Part shown: piece by piece, positions 46,581 through 59,900 of the stretch
How the letters are laid out: each line of letters starts with the position of its first letter
Numbering within the stretch: the first letter of the stretch is position 1
Source: Podarcis gaigeae
Lineage: Eukaryota
DNA length: 64,000 nucleotides
Reading direction: 5' to 3' (one strand)
Assembly: GCA_964106915.2 (NCBI GenBank)
Contig: OZ066914.1
The notes under the pieces: generated by a model
Told to the model about the DNA's origin: nothing
The model's input: the letters and a program-made list of their open reading frames with translations, nothing else
Database searches by the model: none
Translations under genes and position numbers: made by a program

Positions 46581-49500
46581 TAGGATTTTTTGGGCAAAGT
46601 CGTGACTGTTAAAGTGCTTTCAATGTATGGTGTCTCAAGAATAATATCAACAGCATTAACAAGGAAGCATGTGAGCCTATAGGTACAGGTCAGGATGATG
46701 AGCACTGAGAAGCCAGTTAGTATAAAATAAACCAAGCTAGCATAGTGCAGCGATGTGCCACAGACTCTACGTTATGTGTTACAAAATGGAGCTCTTTTCC
46801 CCAGGAAGATAAATTCTGCCTGCTAATGAATTGGTATGTGATCACTTGTAGGTTTGCTATGATAGACTGGGATCCGAAGGGTTACATATGTTTTCCAAGC
46901 AAACTACACACACTCTCCCCAATGCAGCCTTTTATGCGCTCTGAAGAGCTGTTTCTGAGTATTGCAGGAATATTTGGAGTTAGCTTTGGTATTGCAAAAG
47001 AGGGTGTAGCTGGAAGGGAAGACGCTAACTCATTCTGTGCACAGGAAAGTGCTTTCTGGTAATTCACCCAGCTAATTTTTGCTTTTGCTTTTTTCATGAA
47101 AAGTGGTGCATAAAATTATAAAATAAAATAACAACCCTTTAACTCACTTGAGTCAATGGGTTCAAACAAGGATGCCATGAACTATTTGCAAGAGGAACGC
47201 TACTGACCCAAGACACCTCATAAATTTTGTGGACAAACAGTTCCTCATGTGTTAAGAATTGGAAGCTAATGTGACTCAAATTACCAGAAAGATTTTAGAA
47301 AACAATCATTTTTCATTGAGATTTTAGCATGCAGGAAGTGGCTTTCACAAAGCAATTTTATCACTTGAATGGAAAAATCATGACTATTCTTTCATCTTAA
47401 ATATACATGCTAGGATTAGCCAATAAAATGATGAGTACATCCATTAATCCATTCTTCTCAAATGTGCCAGGATGTGTTTTTCTAATTTGTATTAATCTAA
47501 AAAGTCTTGCAACTGTTGCAACACATCTCCCCAGCCCAATTATTTGGCTTCTTTGTAGCATAATAAAGCATTAGCATCCTTTTCTTGCCATTCTTGCATA
47601 GGTTTGTCTTGGAGACAGAGAACATCTTCTTTGCCAAGAATTATTGAGCAGAACAATATATGGCATGCCAGCTGGATAGACAACAACAAGGGAAGACAAA
47701 GTGGTCAGGATATTGACTGCTGAGGCATCGGGGAGGGAATTCTGAAGAGTGCATCTTCGGGAAATAACTCTGATATGTCAGCTCTCTTGTCAACATCAAG
47801 CTTTAATCAGTTCAGTCTTTTTTGTTGCTGGGTCTTCCACCTTGTAATTGAGCCTGACATATACAATTCATTCTTCCCGCTGGCTCTGGATATATAACTC
47901 CTGTCATGGTCAATTATTAGGTGATAGGGCCTGAAACCACTGGGATGGTTGCTTAAAAGCATCTTGTACAGACATCCCAAATGAAAGACAAAATTCTAAT
48001 TTGCCTGGAGAACATGAAATGCATTTCTCTCACACAAAAACCCTTTTAGCTATAGTAAGAGTATTTCCATTAAATGTAAAGGAAAAGGAACTGATTTTAC
48101 TTTAAACCAGTTTGCAGGGAAAGGGCTAGGTAGGTTATCCATGCAGGCAAAATTGTGATAAAGCATTTCCTAGGTTGCGGCGCTTACGACTGCAAGGGGA
48201 GGTTGCCGTGTTTGAAAGTGTCCCTGTATAAACACGCTATCACACAGTATCGGATGTCGAAAGCATAGCCTTACCCCCTGGCATGTTACTTGTTTAGTAC
48301 AGAGCTTTTTTTTATGAAGTAGCACTGAAACATACAAACTTCTACCTGCAGCCTGAAATGGTCAAGCATGGTCAAGTTCAATTCAAATAGAATTATAGCT
48401 TATTAACATTGCTGTTGGATACGAATGTCCTATCCCTCCAGAAATAAACATGAGACCACATGTACTGTTGGGTTATAACTTGCAACAGGACACAAGACCG
48501 CTGCCGTTTTTACCATATGCACTTGGCTGAAAATGACATTCTGTCAGTTTTTGTATCTCTGATTGGAAAGTTGCATTTGTATCAACATTATTATAATTTA
48601 TATACTGCCCTATACCTGGAGGTCTCAGGGCGGTTCACAGAATAAAATCAAAATATAAAACCACAAAATACATAATCAAAAAAACCCAACAACAACCCAA
48701 TAGCTCCCCACTCCCCAAAACCCCACATTTTAAAAGGGCATAGGATCCTCACAACATTTAAAGGAAGACAATTAATAAACCTGGGCAATTAATAAACCAG
48801 CCACTCGCTGGAAAGACCATGATCTCAGAAATGTCTGCAGCAATATTTATTGGCATCCAAATTGGCTGGGTTGTGGATTGAGAAGTACTTGTAGATAGCA
48901 GATATTGATATAGTGGATGTGGGTTACATGTTTATTCAGAACTTTTGTGTTGTTGAATACTCTTGCAGTCCATGGCTGTCCAGTTCTATACACCCTCAGA
49001 TTTGTCGACTAAGATCCATTTAAGAGTCTAAACATTCAGCAATTTATTGGAAAATCTCAGCCCTTCGCAAATTCATGAATTAGGTCTTCCACAATCTGGT
49101 GTCCTCAGACCCCAGTTCCTATCAGCCCCAGCCAGCATAGCCAATGATCAGGGATGATGGGCTGCTTTAGCAAAAGAAATTGATGTTTGAAGCACATTGG
49201 CCTTATATTTGCTTATGACTTATTTAATCCTAATTTAATTGTTTCTTTTGTAAATTATTGATATACTGCTGCTTAGCAGGAATGGGAGAAGAAAACAGGT
49301 GAAATGCCACAAAAGGGTCAAGTTACACTGCAATAGCTTTAAAGTTCAAGCACTGTTAAGTCAGTAATAAGCAATTTCTTCTCTAAATTTCAGCATTTGA
49401 CCAAAATTCATAAATAAAGCCTAAAATATTACCCAAAATGCATTTCATGGGGAAGGACAGGGGAAAGGAAACTGGATGCAGCATATCACTAAAGCTTTGA

Positions 49501-49837
49501 CACAAATCCAAACAAAATACAATTAATACTTGATGTAAAAATGGCAAGTATTTGGACAATAAATTGTGTGTAACTGAGGGAGCTGTGAGGGCAATTTGAG
49601 CTTTGGAAATGGTTTCATATCATGGAATAATGATATGTAATGGAGCCAAGGCAGCCTCTCCTTTCTCTCACTTGGGGAATTGCAAACCAAGCACAACACT
49701 CTCATTTTGTTTTTTCCACATCCTTCAATGGGCAGCCGGCCTTAAAACCTCTTAAAGGCAGCAAACATGCAAAGCTTTGTACATTTGTAACCCTCATTTC
49801 GAGTTTGTGTTACATCAATGGCAGGAATATTTGTTGT

Positions 49838-50057
49838 NNNNNNNNNNNNNNNNNNNNNNNNNNNNNNNNNNNNNNNNNNNNNNNNNNNNNNNNNNNNNNN
49901 NNNNNNNNNNNNNNNNNNNNNNNNNNNNNNNNNNNNNNNNNNNNNNNNNNNNNNNNNNNNNNNNNNNNNNNNNNNNNNNNNNNNNNNNNNNNNNNNNNNN
50001 NNNNNNNNNNNNNNNNNNNNNNNNNNNNNNNNNNNNNNNNNNNNNNNNNNNNNNNNN
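49838..50057. other. Assembly gap (220 N)
   Basis: Run of n. Confidence 1.
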
Positions 50058-53000
50058 ATAGCGCAACGGAGGCATCAGCAATGAGCTGGAAATGAGACGC
50101 ATAAATATGAAAGCAGAGCTAAGAAAATAGAACTGCACCCTTGGCCTTTCTTAAAAGAACATGTGCATGCCACAGCTCATTCACACTCTTAAAAGAAACG
50201 CCTTTTGTTTCAGCGCATTGGGGAAATGCATGAAAAGTCTGAATCACTATTAACACGCCTAGCTTCTTGGCATCTTTCTAATAATTAAAATAAAATTATG
50301 AATTTGTTCCAAGACATTTGAAGAGACATTTTCAATCAGCAGTGGTTAGAGGGATTTTTTTTTAAAAAAAGGAATGGCATCTGCTTCATTTGAGATACAA
50401 GAAAAATCTATTCTCTTTACAGATCTTAAAACATGACATACACACACACAAATGCAAGGGTCTTGGTAGTCAGGTAATAGCTGGATGAAGAGTCTGATTC
50501 CATAGTTCTTTGTTGTAATGTTTAAAAAGCTTACTTTTAGCAGTGCTAAGCAATGACATTGCGAGGCCAGGCATGAGGATATACCTGTTTTACTAACAGG
50601 AAACAAGAATCTGAAAAAGAAATAGTAATTCTGATCAAAGCTACCCGTAGGTGAGCAAAACCTACATTTTTAAAAGCCCCGTATTCAATCTTAATGTCAC
50701 ACATACACGTGTGTCTACGGCTAAACCACATCCCAATGGGACTACTCGGAACATTGCCCTTGACCATTTCTCGTGGTATATGTATCAACATCTTATCATT
50801 GTTTATGGGGAAGGAACATGCACAATGCAAAGCAAGTTGCTTAGTTTGTATAACTTTTACATTCGCTATGTGTCTAACGTGTGTAAACGCCTCCTAACCA
50901 AATGCTGATTTAGAAGAAGAATCGCTTGAGGTTTTTGGGGTTTTTTTTTCCCAAATCAAAATTTGCACAAAGTGATGATGGGCCAGTATACTTCTGATTC
51001 TTTATGAGGTAGAATGGGAAGGCAGGCAAGTTGTCAGCCTGATTTGGAAACTGAATTGTCAGGAATCTGCTTTTAATTTTACATCCTTCGTTTTGTAGGA
51101 GGATTTGCCTCACAGGGAGCTGCATTTCTCAGAGCTATCTAAAAGGCAATCAGAAGGCAAGATTCACAAAATCCGAGTCTGGGGTGTGGGGTGTGGGGTG
51201 GGATAGTGCATTTAACAATTAGTGATGTGCCAGGGCTTAAAATTTCGAAAGCTGCCTGTGCCCCATGCCAGTGACTCTTTCTCTGCCAGTAGTAGTCAGA
51301 GCTTTCCTGGGATGTCATCCAACCATAGTGGCATATAATGGATAGCAGACTACATTTTTACAGTTGGAGGTGAAATCGAAAGTTGCACTATGCAAAGAAG
51401 TGATGAATTTGCATCCCTGAACGTTGCCTAGCAATAAGCGATGGAATGCTAATGTCGACTTTAACCATAAAAAGGGGCTTTTGCATTCACACCCAAAATT
51501 GCACCATTTTTTAAAAAAGGAAAAGGAAAAAATTGAATAAGAGTGAACTGAAATAACAACACAATTTGTCTCTTGCAATCAGATTTTAAATGGGGAATTC
51601 TCCATGGATTAATGGAGAGGAGGGGGAAATAAGAAGGCGGAGAAAACATTCAAATCAATTTGATTTGAATTAATTTTATAATGAAATGATTTTAGAATGT
51701 TGTCCTATTTGATTGTTGTTAGCTGCCCTGAGCCTGGCTTTGGCTGGGGAGGGCAGGGTATAAATAATAATAATAATAATAATTATTATTATTATTATTC
51801 CTGGCCTGGGCTCCGTGTGGGTTTTAATGGGTGGAATTCAAGTTTTATTTAGAGTAGAGCCATGGAAATTAATGGATCTAAATTAGTCATGTTAATTAAT
51901 TTCCATGGATCTACTCAGAATAACATTTAGTAGAATACCACACAATGTAAATTATCCTTATTATCATAATTGCTTTTGGATTATTGATCCAAATTATTGC
52001 TGCTAATTTTTCTTATTGTTTTATCTTCCTTGTAAACTACTTTGAAGGTTTTGTGTTTTTGTTTTTTGTTTTTACAATAAAACGGTGTATAAATTTCATG
52101 AAATAAATAAATAAATCCCTTTAGGAACTCGCCTACAAAATTACCTATATGAGAATGCTTTTCTTTTCTATTTTGGTAATGTTCCTCCCTGGTCTACTAA
52201 AAGGAAACGACGGAAGGATAAATATTCTTTCTGAATTTATGGTAACAAGCCCTCAGTTTTGTTCTTTGTAGAAGAGGCACTGTTGGATTGGATTTTTGGT
52301 CTACAGTATTTCATTAACCAGGTGTGCAAGACGTGTGGCCATGCGTAAGCAATTCCATGGCAAAAGAGTGGGAATTAAGGCTACTTTCCCCACTTCACTT
52401 GACAATTTATGCTGTGTTCTGCCTGATCCAAACTGGCAACAGTCAGATATCTGTGGATAGGCAGCCATGGACAGCCACAGCAGTGTGTTTGGTTCTCCCT
52501 TTTTTTTAGCAGTGTGTTGTTGCAAATAAACATTTTCCACCTGTTTCAACAGCCTGGCATATTATTTTCTTGATATGTGATGATACAATACCTCTCAGGT
52601 TTGCTAAGTAGCAAAGGGAAATGTAAGCAAAAGAAAAGGTTTGCCGCTTTCACAGGTTTTCTGTGCTTGGGGTTCTGCTTGTCTGAGAACTGTAAGAATG
52701 GAAGCCATATTTTATAGTATTTCTTTGGCCTCTGCCATCTGGTGTAGGTTAGTTTTTCCACTGCCAACATTTCCCTGGAGCCTCCGATACCAAAATCTTT
52801 CATTCTCAAGTAAATGTCTGGACTGAATAAAGGGAGTTTAAAAAATGGTAATTATTATTTTTTGTACATTGCAGCCATCGCTAATGATGCCATCATGAAA
52901 TACACAGGAATGTGTCTGATATTGATGGCCATATAGCATATTTCTTTTTACACAGCTTCTAGATTATGTGACATCTTTAATATATTTTTTAATTTTTTTT

Positions 53001-53974
53001 ATGTGTGTGACTGTATTCCTACCACCAACACATTGATCCAATTAAAGTTGATATCTTAACCTATCTGTAATCATTTCAGCAGTGCCTGTACTGGACCAGA
53101 CCTGGTGCTCAAATAAAATGAACAGCATAGTTCAAGATGCTCTTCACAAACCACATGGTTTCTCAACAAAACGAAGAATATGAATGCATTTTCCAAAGCC
53201 TTGCCTGTTCTAAATCCAGCACAAATGTTTAGAAGAGGGATTAACCTCAGTGTCTCCATAAGAAATGCTTTCTACCCAAGGCAAACTTTGCAAACCAGAG
53301 TGTTTATGGTGCCAATAAACACTTCTGAGAAGCAAGTGTTAAGAGTATATACAGTAACCCCACCCCCACCAAGGTCAGATCAGCTATAAAAGCAAAGAGG
53401 AAAACCTTGAACAACCATTCCAAAACACTAGCATGAGGGACATATGTGATGTAAATCCCATTTTCCACAATAAACATGCCAAACTTAACTAAACCTACAA
53501 TTCTCCACATTTAAAAATCAAAACAAAAATGAGCTCACATGCTCTATTTTTCTGCGAATTATTCTGTGGATTTCCCCCACATTCCTTTTCCACATGTTTT
53601 CTTCCTGATCAGCAGCTGGTTACTTCAGATGGTGCCACCCTCAGAAACCCTTACTAGCTTCTCTGCTTTCCCCAGTGGGAAGAAGAAGAACAGCAAGGGC
53701 ACAGCTTGATGGGCCTCAGGTGGCAGGTATAGAATGTGTGGGCCAGTTGCAGTCATTGGCAATGTAATATTTGTAGCCCTCACTCAAAGAATGAACCTTA
53801 TCCATGGTGTTTATCTCATTCTATCCTGAAAACACTGCAAAGTAGGTTTCCTCAGAGGCTGGAAATTGCTCAGTGCCACCAAAGGAGCTTCATGGCCAAA
53901 GGCTGGTTCCTGAGAAACCTTTTACGCTTGCCAAACTACCATGTAAGTGAGCATTGTGTCACATGTAAACTGCC

Positions 53975-54419
53975 TGGCCTGAACGTATCTCCTGGTATGC
54001 CCCACGGAGGACCTTAAGGTCCACAAATGACAACATTTTGGAGGTCCCAAGTTGCAAGGTGGTTAGCTTGGTCTCAACTAGGGCCAGGGCCTTTTCAGTA
54101 CTGGCCCCAGCTTGGTGGAACGCTCTGTCACAAGAGACTAGGGCCCTGTGGGACCTGACATCTTTCCACAGGGCCAGCAAGACAGAGCTGTTCTGCCTGG
54201 CTTTTGGTTTTGACTCAGTCTGACACTTATGTTTCCCTCCCCTTATGGGTTTGATCTATAGGCTACTTTAAAAATGAGGCTGCACTTTAAATTGCATTGT
54301 AACCTGTATTTTAAATTGGTTTCCACCCCCCTATTACCGGTATGTTTTTACTGTAATTTTACTGGTGTTAGCCGCCCTGAGCCCGGCTCTGGCCAGGGAG
54401 GGTGGGGTATAAATAAAAT

Positions 54420-54452
<33 letters not shown>

Positions 54453-54453
54453 C
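53975..54453 (+). mobile_element. L2-clade LINE 3' fragment with (ACT)n tail
   Basis: TRARAFSVLAPAWWNALSQETR...KTELFCLAFG, then a 3' end gccgccctgag...ataaat and (ACT)n. Confidence 0.8.
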
Positions 54454-54729
54454 CAGTTCCTCTGTTAAAGACATTCCTGAGGCACATGGGCTTCTGCACA
54501 CGTGTGTTTAAGAGGAACAAGCAGAATGCCACAGTCAGGTGCAGTTCACATTTGTTATGCCACTTCTGTGTTTTGTACTTCCATGCATTAGAGAAGTCGG
54601 TGGGAATTTGACCCTGGGTGTAACAAACCCAAAGCCCATACTCTAATCACTTCATTACACTTTCTCTGCAGAGACTTTCCTGAACCCTTCCAGCCTCCTC
54701 TTAATTGTTTCTTTACAAATGCCATTGCT

Positions 54730-54900
54730 GGAGAGCCAGTGTGGCGTAATGGTTAGAGTGCTGGAATAGGAACTGAGAGATGAGGTTTTGAATTCTCACT
54801 CAGCCATGAAGCTCACTTGGTGACCTTGGGCCAGTCACCATCTCTTTGCCTAACCTACCTCACAGGGTTGTTGTGACTATGAAATAGGAAGGATCCTTGG
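54730..54900 (+). mobile_element. MIR/CORE-like tRNA SINE (older copy at about 59160-59320)
   Basis: gtggcgtaatggttagagtg head, then the core gtgaccttgggccagtcac...ctacctcacagggttgttgtga. Confidence 0.65.
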
Positions 54901-56871
54901 ACCTCAAGATCCTTGGAAGATGAAGGTGGCATATAAATGTAATAAATTTAAATAAATAAATAAATTTTAGTGTGTAAAGTTTTCTTATGTTTTTATTTAC
55001 GTTAGAAGCTGCCCAGAGTGGCTGGAGCAACCCAGTCAGATGGGCAGGGTACAAATAATAAATTACTTATGGTCTTTTCCTGGGCGGCCTTAGTGGCCTG
55101 TACTCTCCCCACCCAAGACACTTCTTTCATGCCTACATCTCACTGAAGTTTCAAAGCTGAAGCAAGAGTACTCTCTTCCATAGACCATTGTTAGGAGCTT
55201 TGTCTGAAAAATGTAAACATCCCTGATATATACCAGATTTTAGCTTTCCAGCTAGTATGCAAGTAGCTTTAGTATTCGGAGTTGCGTTTTATGGTTTCCA
55301 TTTCACGGGACAGTTACAGAACATGAGAACATAAGAAGAACCAGCTATATCAGGCCAGTGACCCAGCTCTCACAATGACCAAGGAAGTCCAGGCCCAGGA
55401 ACTCCTGTTGGCAACCTTGGGTGGGGCAATGAGGACACGCTGGTGGGAGCTGCTCCTGGCTTTTATGGATTGGGGTGGGGTGGGATGCCCTCTTTTAGTA
55501 TTCTGCCTGAAGGACTCAAGTCCAGTTTAATGAGCTGTAAGTAGGAAGAGCAGGAGTGGAGTCTGGAAGTTGCCTTTCACCATTTAGCAGACTGAGCAGG
55601 AGCACAGATCACCCGGCCACAGTCTTCTTCAGTGTGCTGAGATGTACTGCATTTTTATCTAAAATATACTAATGGATAGCCATCTGTCATGGATGCTTTA
55701 GCTGAGACTAAATGACCCTTCCAGCTCTACAATTCCACGATTCCATGCTTCTTAATTTGCATCTATTCATGTAAATTAGTACATTCAAATATTATGAAAA
55801 TGTGTATCCCCCTTTTTCTCTCTTTTTTGGGGGGTGGCAGTGAGGCGTCTAAGTGGCCATGCTTTGGAGGGGAAGAATGTCCAGAAGCAGCCAGGAAGGA
55901 AAATACCACAGAGTTTACTGCTGTGGACTCCCAACGGGAAGTTTTGCGTACAGGGTTTGTGCCTGTCTGGCCAACTGCTGAGCAACAGTTTTCTGTTAAG
56001 AAGCGAAAAGCTTTAGTCTACATTTGTTTGACTAGACAACTGAAAATATTTTATCTCACTTTGAAGTAAAAGGAGTGGGAAGCATTTCATGTTATTTGCA
56101 GTGAGTTGGAACCTCCTGTTTGAAATGATATTCCAGCAATTGGTTTTCTTCCTGGAACTAGGTCGTAATTTTTCTGGCCTTGACAGAACTGGCACACTGT
56201 TTCCAGAACTTATGTGCCAGCCTGAAGTATATTTTCAGTAACAGAGTTATCACTGCAGAAAATGAGGCCCTGTGAAGAGATAAGGTTGATAAAGGTATGT
56301 AAGAATTTTATTCTGCCTTCCTTTGTTCTTTTTTTTCTTAAAAAAGTACCAACTGATGAATATGACAGCTTCCAAGACCTAGAGATCACAACATAACCCT
56401 TGCTAGGCAGTTTAATATGGTTATTTTAGTGTATGTTTATTGAATTTATGAATCGCTTCCCATAGCAAACAGAACTTGGAAGAAGAATAAAATACAGTAA
56501 TAAAAATATATTAAACACGTATTAAAAACATAGTCAACGTACAAATATGCAATCATTGGTGCTGCCAAAATGCCCAGGAAACACAGGGAGACTTTTCCTG
56601 GTGCCAAAACAATGAAAAAGTTCAGGTGTGCCCTGGGGAGAGCATACCATAGACGGGGAGTTTATGCTGAATAGTTCCATAAGATCATAGGATTGTATTT
56701 TTCAAGGATAGTGTGGGCTTTGTGACTCACAGGCAATATGCCATCTGTTGGAACAGAGTGCCTCAGAATTGGGGCTACTACCAAGATGATTTGGCTGTTG
56801 GTAGAGGGCAGCTTACCTGATCTCCCCATGAGATGAAAGCAAGGCTTCTTCAGGACATGTTAAGTGGCAAT

Positions 56872-56977
56872 GGTAAAGGTAAAGGACCCCTGACAGTTAA
56901 GTCCAGTCACAGACAACTGTGGGGTTGCGGAACTCATCTTGCTTTACAGGCCGAGGGAGCTGGCGTTTGGCCGCAGA
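56872..56977 (-). mobile_element. Sauria SINE 3' fragment (subfamily B), next to a CR1-type 3' end (to about 57150)
   Basis: ggtaaaggtaaaggacccctgacagttaagtccagtc, as at 13481. Confidence 0.8.
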
Positions 56978-59900
56978 AAGTTTTTGCTCCGAATAGCAGC
57001 AGCTGGAAACTGCAGGAGGGAAGAGTGCCTTTGCGCTCGAATCCTTCATGTGGGTTTCCCATAAGCACCTGGTTAGCCGCTGTGAGAACAGGATGCTGGA
57101 CCAGATGGACCCTTGGCCTGATCCAGCACAATCTTCTTATGTTATGTATTTCAAAGAAATACAGCTCCTTATTTAGTATTTCTAAGGTAAGGTGTGTTAA
57201 ATTACAAAAAGTTCTGAAGTGATTTACAACCCAAAATCAACATTCCTCCATAAGGAACTGCTCCATGAACTAGCAAGCTTACATGACGTTATAAATGCCT
57301 AAGGCATTTAGGGCTTTAAGGATGGGAAGAACCAACACTTTGATTCTAAATTGGGGCCAGAAACATATATGTGAGCATATATGTGTATATTTGTTCATAC
57401 CTATTGATAGCTGGGCTGCTGCATGCTACACTTGTTGAACTTTCCAAACTATCTTAAAGTGCAGTTAGTGCTGGGTGTGTGTCTTCTGAAATAGACTTAT
57501 TAAGTATAACAACAACAACAACAACATATTATCTGGGCAGCTTTCAACAGAATATTGAAAACACAACAAAGCACCAGACATTAAAAGCTTCCCTATACAG
57601 GGATACCTTCAAATGTCTACAGATGCCTTTTGGGAGAGATTTTGGGGAGTGATCTTGTGTTATCCAGCCATCTCACTCTTTTATGTTTTAATAATTAATG
57701 GAATCTACTCAATACATTGAATTCAAGAATATTACATCCTATTTCCTTTGCCTAAGTTGGAGTAACTGTTCTGTTTTGAGTAATGGACTTGGACCAGGGG
57801 TACCTTGGACAGCTCCATTCAGGGCTCAGGCTAAGGACTACATAAGAGTAGCATTCATAACTTCATCAGCAGTTATCCTCAGGCTGAGCCTTAAACAGCA
57901 GGTACTGCTGTGTCTCAGTTGCAGTGAGAGGATGCTCTTCATTTCAGTGCAGCTAACCTGTTATAGCAGTTGCTGACTCCAAGGAAGCAGGGGAGATGAA
58001 GGTTTCACTAGAGCTTCTGAGCTTCTGGTGAGTCAGAGGTGGGCAACATGATGTTCTTGGGCAGGGGAGGCACCTCTGGCACAGCAGATTTGTTTCGTGC
58101 AAGTGCTTCTGGTTAATTGTGAACATCTGGGGATGGCCCTGAGAACACTTCCAATCTTCGTCCTCAACCCCTGAAGACAGGGAGTCCAATCCCAGGGTCA
58201 GGACAGCCAGGTCTGCTTGCGTACAGCCCTATAAAAGAACATAAAGGGTGCCAATCACAAGACAAAGAGGAAATTGAACCCAGGACGCTGTTACATCTTC
58301 AGCTGAGCAGCTGATTACAAGATCCCATCATTCTTTGAGAGGGGGGCAGTTAGGCCAGCAATTGGGGAACTGAAGAAGCAGTGCCCTTTTAAGTGGGCTT
58401 CTCAATCCATTGACTGAGAATCTGTAGAAGTGTACCTATAGCTCCTGTCTGGATCAATCCAACTGTAGAATCGTTGTGATGCACGTAGATTTATTGTTTT
58501 CTTTCTTCTTCTCAGAAACCATAACTGCTCCATGTATCTCTGCTAAATACATATGCAATCTATGCTGTGCAGGAAACAACTAAAGCAGCAGCCTTCCAGG
58601 ATCCAAACATCATTCCCAAACTGCCCTCTTTTGCATTTTGCTTAGCAAAACTTTCAAATTCTTTTACTTTGTTTCGTTTTCCCGATTCTATGATTTCCTT
58701 GCGAGTGTTTCAGCTCCCCAGGTGCCCATCCACTCTTAAAATTCAAACACCAGATGGTGCAAATAACTTGAGTAATTTCTCCTCCCAATCAAGTGCAACA
58801 AGCAGGTGGACTGCTGCTGGTTTAGACCCCCAGATCTCAAGGTATCAAAGACGCTGAGATAGGTGAGTGACAAGTGCCTGACAATGATAAACAATGCTCA
58901 GCAATGACAAGTGATGCTGTTTCAAGAACTTGCAAGCCTTACTTCTACTCTGCAGCAATTGCTTTTCATGATTAATTGATTTTGTTTACCGTGATCTACA
59001 AAGGCTTTAGAAAATAGGAAAACACAAAAATATATCTAGTTAGGATACTTACATTGACTATTTCAAAACTCATCTTTTATGTAGACTGTGAAAATATCAC
59101 TTTCAATGCTAGCATTCTGCAGAAGCTGACCTAGAACCTAAGTTGATCTGGTTTGTTTGGGAAGCTGCATAGTATACTAAAAAGTTTTGGACTTTGACTG
59201 GGGAAATCATGGGTGACCTGGCATCTTTGGATGTCTCAGCACAATCTACCTCACAGGGATGTTGAGAGGATCAAATGGGATCACACCACCCTGTAATGTA
59301 CTATGCACACCATCCTGAGCTCCATTTTTAACCAAAATGCAGCCCTATTTGGTAATAAAGTCTACCCATGATTAGGTAGAGAGTAGGGACATGATAGCTC
59401 ACCCAATCCCCTCGCTTGTGGCTCTGTTGTTTAGTCCTGCTGCCCTTCATGTATTAGAAGGCAAAGATTTGCATGCTGTACTCATGGAATTTTCCTATAT
59501 GATTTAGAATCCTGTACAATCAGGCTTCAAAATCACACAGGGAGCATTCATGTGTACAGGCGACTCCAGATTATCTATATTTGCCCTGCAATTCATGGAA
59601 GGCAGTAGGACTGAGTGACAGAGACTCCCCTTTGCCATCCACATATCTTCCAAATATTCACTGGACAATCTCCTCCACCCATCACAGCAGATCTGAGAGC
59701 ATCTTGGGTGGGGGAAGGGCTACAGTGGCCAAAAATTGAATCCCTCACTGTTCCATGGATGGAAGCCTTATGTAGGGGATACCACCCGTTTTTATACTGA
59801 CAACTTATGGTAGCGTCTTTCCACTAAAGTCAAAATAGAAGCTCGTCATGGGGTTTTGGGTGTTGGTAAGACATTGGGTGGTGTAAGGCTTATAGCATCT

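Noticed and set aside
49640-50138. ORFs of 88-151 aa
   Set aside because: Artefacts of reading through the N gap.
50858-50898. Plus-strand peptide YIRYVSNVCKRLL resembling DPH6 RIRVENVCKRL (exon 4/5)
   Set aside because: Wrong strand, upstream of the gene, and the similarity is limited to NVCKRL with no flanking match; treated as chance.
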